Part shown: piece after piece, positions 60,067-64,000 of the stretch
How positions within the stretch are numbered: the first letter of the stretch is position 1
Layout: each line of letters starts with the position of its first letter
Source of the DNA: Dehalococcoidia bacterium
Lineage (GTDB): Bacteria; Chloroflexota; Dehalococcoidia; SM23-28-2; RBG-16-64-32
DNA length: 64,000 bases
Direction of reading: 5' to 3'
NCBI GenBank assembly: GCA_963665775.2
Contig: CAXXTF010000002.1
Coordinates: 416,001 to 480,000, forward strand
The notes under the pieces: generated by a model
Seen by the model: the letters and a program-made list of their open reading frames with translations, nothing else
The model's database searches: none
Told to the model about the DNA's origin: nothing
Translations under genes and position numbers: made by a program

Positions 60067-60729
60067 ATGGGATTCACCGTTGTGACGATAGAAAGGCAGA
60101 CAGGAGCCGGGGCGGAGAAGGTGGCTGCTCTTGTAGCTGCAGGCTTGCAATATCAGCTTCTGGATGCGGAGATCGTGCGCCGTGCTGCCGCTGCCGCCGG
60201 AGTTTCCACCGAAACGATAGAGCATTCTGAGCACGTCCCGAGTTTCTTTGAGCGGATTCTATCGGGCCTGGCCTTGGCTGGCTTTCCCGATACGCCTACC
60301 GATCCAGCCCAGTTGGCAATGCCCACGCTCTCAAATCGCCAATACAGGGAACTCACCGAACAGGTGCTGCGCGGGTTGGCGACCCGCGGGCGAGCCGTCA
60401 TTCTGGGACATTCCGGTCAGATGGCACTTCAGCAAGTTCCAGAGGTCCTAAAAGTGCTCGTCTATGCTCCGTTGGAGTTCCGAGTGTCCAATTTCGCTCT
60501 GGAGGCACAAGTGGGGCCCGAGGAAGCGCTCGAGAAGATCGAGAGCGCAGATCGAGATCGGGAACAGTTCTTCGACAGTCATCATAACGTAAGATGGCTT
60601 GACCTCCAGCTGTACGATCTAGCCATAAACACTAGCACCTTCTCCTATGAGGAAGCCGCTAAGGTCATAATCGACGCGGCCGGCAGGCAGGAGGAGGAAA
60701 CCCCATCGAGGTCCGCCCGCAGTTCGTAG
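60067..60729 (+). CDS. Cytidylate kinase-like family protein
   Basis: VVTIERQTGAG, LD.EI, VILGH.G, APLEFRV, DRDR, YDLAINT. Confidence 0.88.
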   Translation: MGFTVVTIERQTGAGAEKVAALVAAGLQYQLLDAEIVRRAAAAAGVSTETIEHSEHVPSFFERILSGLALAGFPDTPTDPAQLAMPTLSNRQYRELTEQVLRGLATRGRAVILGHSGQMALQQVPEVLKVLVYAPLEFRVSNFALEAQVGPEEALEKIESADRDREQFFDSHHNVRWLDLQLYDLAINTSTFSYEEAAKVIIDAAGRQEEETPSRSARSS

Positions 60730-61038
60730 AGATTGAGGGCCGGTCTCCACTATGGGGTGTTCTCCTAAGCGACCTTCGGAGCGCCCGTTACCAGTCCCTA
60801 ACTAATACCTGTCGGCATTAGCCTCGGTCGATACGACTGGCGGTCGGCATCTCATCGGTGTACGCGAGTTCGCCGGATAGGTTCACGGTCTCACGGCCAC
60901 CATTGACGAGCGCGTCTTGGTCGCCTTCTCGACAGCGATGGCACACGTGCCACCCTTCGCTGCGGCATTTGAGAGTATAGGGCATATAGCAGAGGAGCTT
61001 GGGTCTCCACCATCGCTCGCGGTCCCACACGCCGGACA

Positions 61039-62328
61039 CTAGTCGAGCTTCCGTATCCGCGGCATGAAGATGAGCATCGATATGGCCACGAAGATAAGGA
61101 CTATAGCGAAGCTGCCGACTGCCCACTGGACGCCTACTCCCTCCGATAGCAGGGCCGCCAGGAACACGGCAAAGCTAGAGAGCCCAAATTCCATCATGTA
61201 GACGCTCATCACCCGACCCCTGTAGGCATCCGCTACATAGTACTGGATCAGGGCACTGGACAGGGTCAGCCGACCGGCTTGGCCCAGGCCAACAAAGAAG
61301 ATGAAGACAAGGGAGAGCGCCATCGTGCCGGAGAAGGAGAACCCTGTCAGCGCAAGGCCCAGGACGACGGCGCTCGCGATGAGCATCAAGCCTCGGTTCC
61401 TATTAGGTAGCGAGGCCAGGACAATGGAGCCGGCAATCGCGCCAACGCCGGAGACGCTCACCAGGATGCCCAAACCACCGGCACCGACTTCCAGGATATC
61501 CTCGGTAAAGACGGGCAGCAGCATCAGATACGGCATGGAGAACAGGACTATGAGAAGGTTAATGACGAGGAGCTGGAAGATGGTAGTCTCCTGGCGAATA
61601 TAGCCTAACCCGGCCCGTATGTCCGCCAGCGCGCCGCGGCCCCGAACAGCGGCAGATTCTGTGAGGGGCATGCGTGATATGAACACCACGGCCACGATAT
61701 ACATACCGGTCATGGCGAAGTAGACGGCCTGGAACCCGTATACAGCAATGAGGAAGCCTGCGATGGCGGGCGCCGATAGCCGTAGGCTGTTCATGCCGAG
61801 GGCGTTAAGGGCTGTGGCGTTCATGAGTTGCTCCTGGCCCACGATCTCGCGGATCATAGCCTGTCGCGACGGCATCATGAAGCCCATAATGATGCCCTGT
61901 ACTACGGAAGCGGCAAGCAAGATCAGCCAGGAGCCGGGCCGGTCGAAGCTGATGACATTGAGGGCGAGGGCGAGGCCGATGAAGAGAGAAACCAGGGCCG
62001 AGCTGGCCTGCCCAGCAATGAGGACATACTTCTTCCGCAGCCGATCGGCTATGACACCACCGAAGAGCGACAACAGTAGCATCGGCACCGAACTTGACAG
62101 GGCGATGATCCCCAGCGTCAACGGCGATTCCGTTAAACGGAAGACAAGAAGTGAGCGAGCTATCATCTGCATGTTCAGGGCGCCCATCTGCCCCACCATG
62201 GCCGCAAAATAGAGGCGGTAGACGCGGTTTTCGAAGGAGCTGAAGGTGCGAAGCTTGCGCACGGAGAAACCGCCTGGGCCCGGCACGACGTCGCCCACTG
62301 GGTCAAGCTCTTCTGATTCGCCCCTCAT
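61039..62328 (-). CDS. MFS transporter (MFS_3/H+ antiporter-like)
   Basis: GGVIADRL.KK motif A, PSRQAMI.EIVG...LMNA.AL, YRGRVMS. Confidence 0.92.
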   Translation of the reverse strand: MRGESEELDPVGDVVPGPGGFSVRKLRTFSSFENRVYRLYFAAMVGQMGALNMQMIARSLLVFRLTESPLTLGIIALSSSVPMLLLSLFGGVIADRLRKKYVLIAGQASSALVSLFIGLALALNVISFDRPGSWLILLAASVVQGIIMGFMMPSRQAMIREIVGQEQLMNATALNALGMNSLRLSAPAIAGFLIAVYGFQAVYFAMTGMYIVAVVFISRMPLTESAAVRGRGALADIRAGLGYIRQETTIFQLLVINLLIVLFSMPYLMLLPVFTEDILEVGAGGLGILVSVSGVGAIAGSIVLASLPNRNRGLMLIASAVVLGLALTGFSFSGTMALSLVFIFFVGLGQAGRLTLSSALIQYYVADAYRGRVMSVYMMEFGLSSFAVFLAALLSEGVGVQWAVGSFAIVLIFVAISMLIFMPRIRKLD

Positions 62329-62352
62329 CGGTCTCTCAACCCGCGGCTCGCT

Positions 62353-62418
62353 TTGTCGTCACTCAATTTGGACTGAGCCTTCCCCTTGTCGTCACTCAAT
62401 TTGGACTGAGCCTTCCCC
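62353..62418. repeat. Exact 2 x 33-bp tandem duplication upstream of the MFS gene
   Basis: TTGTCGTCACTCAATTTGGACTGAGCCTTCCCC at 62353-62385 and 62386-62418. Confidence 0.92.
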
Positions 62419-62993
62419 CTCGTCGAGCGATGCTCGCCGGGCTCGAAGGCCACCTGTTCTCGCCATCCCACGAGCCACCGGCACTGCCGACAATACACTA
62501 CTTCACGATGAACCTGGCTAACATAATCGATCGTTCTAAGTCTATAACCCGAAGGAGGAAGAGGCGACAGGCCGTAACGAATGGCGCTAGGTGAGGTGCC
62601 GAGGGACATTAAGACTTCATCGTGTGGTCGGCGAACCTAGTCTGAGCCGGCATCGTTGCCATCCCGGGATCATCAACCTCCCCCACCCTTATCTAATCGG
62701 GGTTGGTGACCGGCCCAACCCTGACGAAAGCGGTCACCGCCGTTTATCGGTGCCCACTGGCCCCTGGGCAGGCGTTCTACCACACCGACCGCGCAAGCCA
62801 AGATGCCCCGGGGGCTGATCCCGCGCTAAGCGGCCTAACAGATATGTTCGGCGGGGCCGTTTAGCTCCCTCTAGATACGCCCGGGCGGGGACATCTCGCG
62901 GCAGTCCGCATCCGCCATGGCCTGCCACGCGTATTCTTGATAGCGGGGTAATAGCCTTACGTCAAGGCAGAAATGTGGCCCGAGGTGATGCAC

Positions 62994-64000
62994 ATGTGGC
63001 GAGGCCTAGTCTTACTGTCGATCTTGGTTGTCGCGGCCTGCACGAACGGCGCTCGGGAAGTGTCGCGGTCAGGCGAGCCCAACGAGAGCGATACGCCGCC
63101 GCCAGCTGCTTCTATCGATTTGGAAACCGTCGATCTCGTCGAGCTGATCACCTGGGACCAGCTCGACTTCTTCGGTATGGAGCAAGTGAAAACCGGGCCG
63201 ACCGCGCGAATACTGGAGGCTATTGCGGCCTCGGGCGATGACCGGTTCATCGCCGTGTTGCTAGATCTGGCTTTCCAACCTACGCCTTACCAAGAGCTCG
63301 CGTACGAGCTTCTCCCAGAGGTGTTCGGACCTCATCAGGGAAGATGGGTGGTCGACTGGATTGATCAGAGGGGCTTCAAGGAGCCAGCGGATGACCTCCC
63401 CTCATACTTGGAGTTCAAGCAGCACCTGTTGGCAACGATCGTTCCCGGATTCGCCGACTTTCTCGATCCCTCGCAGCCTCGGACGATTTCGGCACAAGAG
63501 GTCGTATGGGGTGGCGTCAATATCGATGGCATCCCACCTCTGGAGCACCCAGAGTTCATTGCGCCCGAGGAGGCGACTTGGATCAACGATGATGACCTCG
63601 TCATTGGCGTTGAGATCGGCGGCGATGCACGCGCCTATCCGCGCCGAATCATCGACTGGCACGAGATGGTGAACGACACCGTTGGCGGCATACCGGTTTC
63701 GCTGGCCTACTGCACCTTGTGCGGGAGCGCCATCCTCTACGACGGTAGGGTCGGCGACGAAGTGTACGAGTTCGGAACCAGCGGTCTGCTCTATCGATCA
63801 AACAAGCTGATGTATGACCGAACGACACGAACGTTGTGGGAGCAGTACACAGGCGAACCCGTTTGGGGTCCGTTGGTTGGCTCCGGCATCAGGCTAGACA
63901 TCTTGCCGGTTGTGGTCACAACCTGGCAAGCGTGGTACGCCGACCACCCCGATACGACGGTGCTTAGCATCGATACCGGTTTCGTCCGCAACTACGGCCC
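62994..64000 (+). CDS. DUF3179-domain lipoprotein (runs off window end; absent from ORF track)
   Basis: VAAC lipobox; WGGV..DGIPPL, ARAYP..I..WHEMVND, YCTLCGS, FGTSGLLY.SNKLMYD; GAGGTG RBS. Confidence 0.9.
   Translation, partial: MWRGLVLLSILVVAACTNGAREVSRSGEPNESDTPPPAASIDLETVDLVELITWDQLDFFGMEQVKTGPTARILEAIAASGDDRFIAVLLDLAFQPTPYQELAYELLPEVFGPHQGRWVVDWIDQRGFKEPADDLPSYLEFKQHLLATIVPGFADFLDPSQPRTISAQEVVWGGVNIDGIPPLEHPEFIAPEEATWINDDDLVIGVEIGGDARAYPRRIIDWHEMVNDTVGGIPVSLAYCTLCGSAILYDGRVGDEVYEFGTSGLLYRSNKLMYDRTTRTLWEQYTGEPVWGPLVGSGIRLDILPVVVTTWQAWYADHPDTTVLSIDTGFVRNYG

Noticed and set aside
62353-62418. Possible CRISPR array (33-bp repeats with a weak palindrome)
   Set aside because: Two adjacent copies, no spacer, no cas genes in the window.
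62700-62780. Hammerhead-like CTGACGA/GAAA within GGTGACCG...CGGTCACC stem
   Set aside because: No stem II between the core motifs; required topology absent.

Overview
GC-rich bacterial chromosome segment. Gene content (Tat-lipoprotein family-5 binding protein, paralogous class III CoA-transferases and amidohydrolases, LLM fragment) suggests Chloroflexota, probably Dehalococcoidia-like; this is inference. 1-17.3 kb is mostly core genes: M50 protease, tyrA-aroA-remA-gmk-rnhB-yraN, a radical SAM/PAP2 pair, tRNA-Met with an adjacent tRNA 3' half, mobAB, tRNA-Val, a CaCA antiporter and a methylmalonyl-CoA mutase/epimerase/MeaB operon. 17.4-64 kb is a patchwork accessory region: an acyl-CoA catabolic cluster, an intact IS1380 element with IRs and a 5-bp target duplication, a ~5-kb cassette between diverged ~340-bp direct repeats, a hemA-ccdA-resB-ccsA-resA operon, and many gene remnants. 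Main hidden signals: (i) a UGA-recoded UxxC peroxiredoxin-like selenoprotein with a SECIS-like hairpin, truncated by the ORF track; (ii) repeated loss of the catalytic acid in several CoA-transferase domains; (iii) two uncharacterised membrane-lipid or prenyl-chemistry gene pairs; (iv) several single-base or short lesions that may be real decay or assembly errors. All family calls are from motif recognition by eye; no searches were run.
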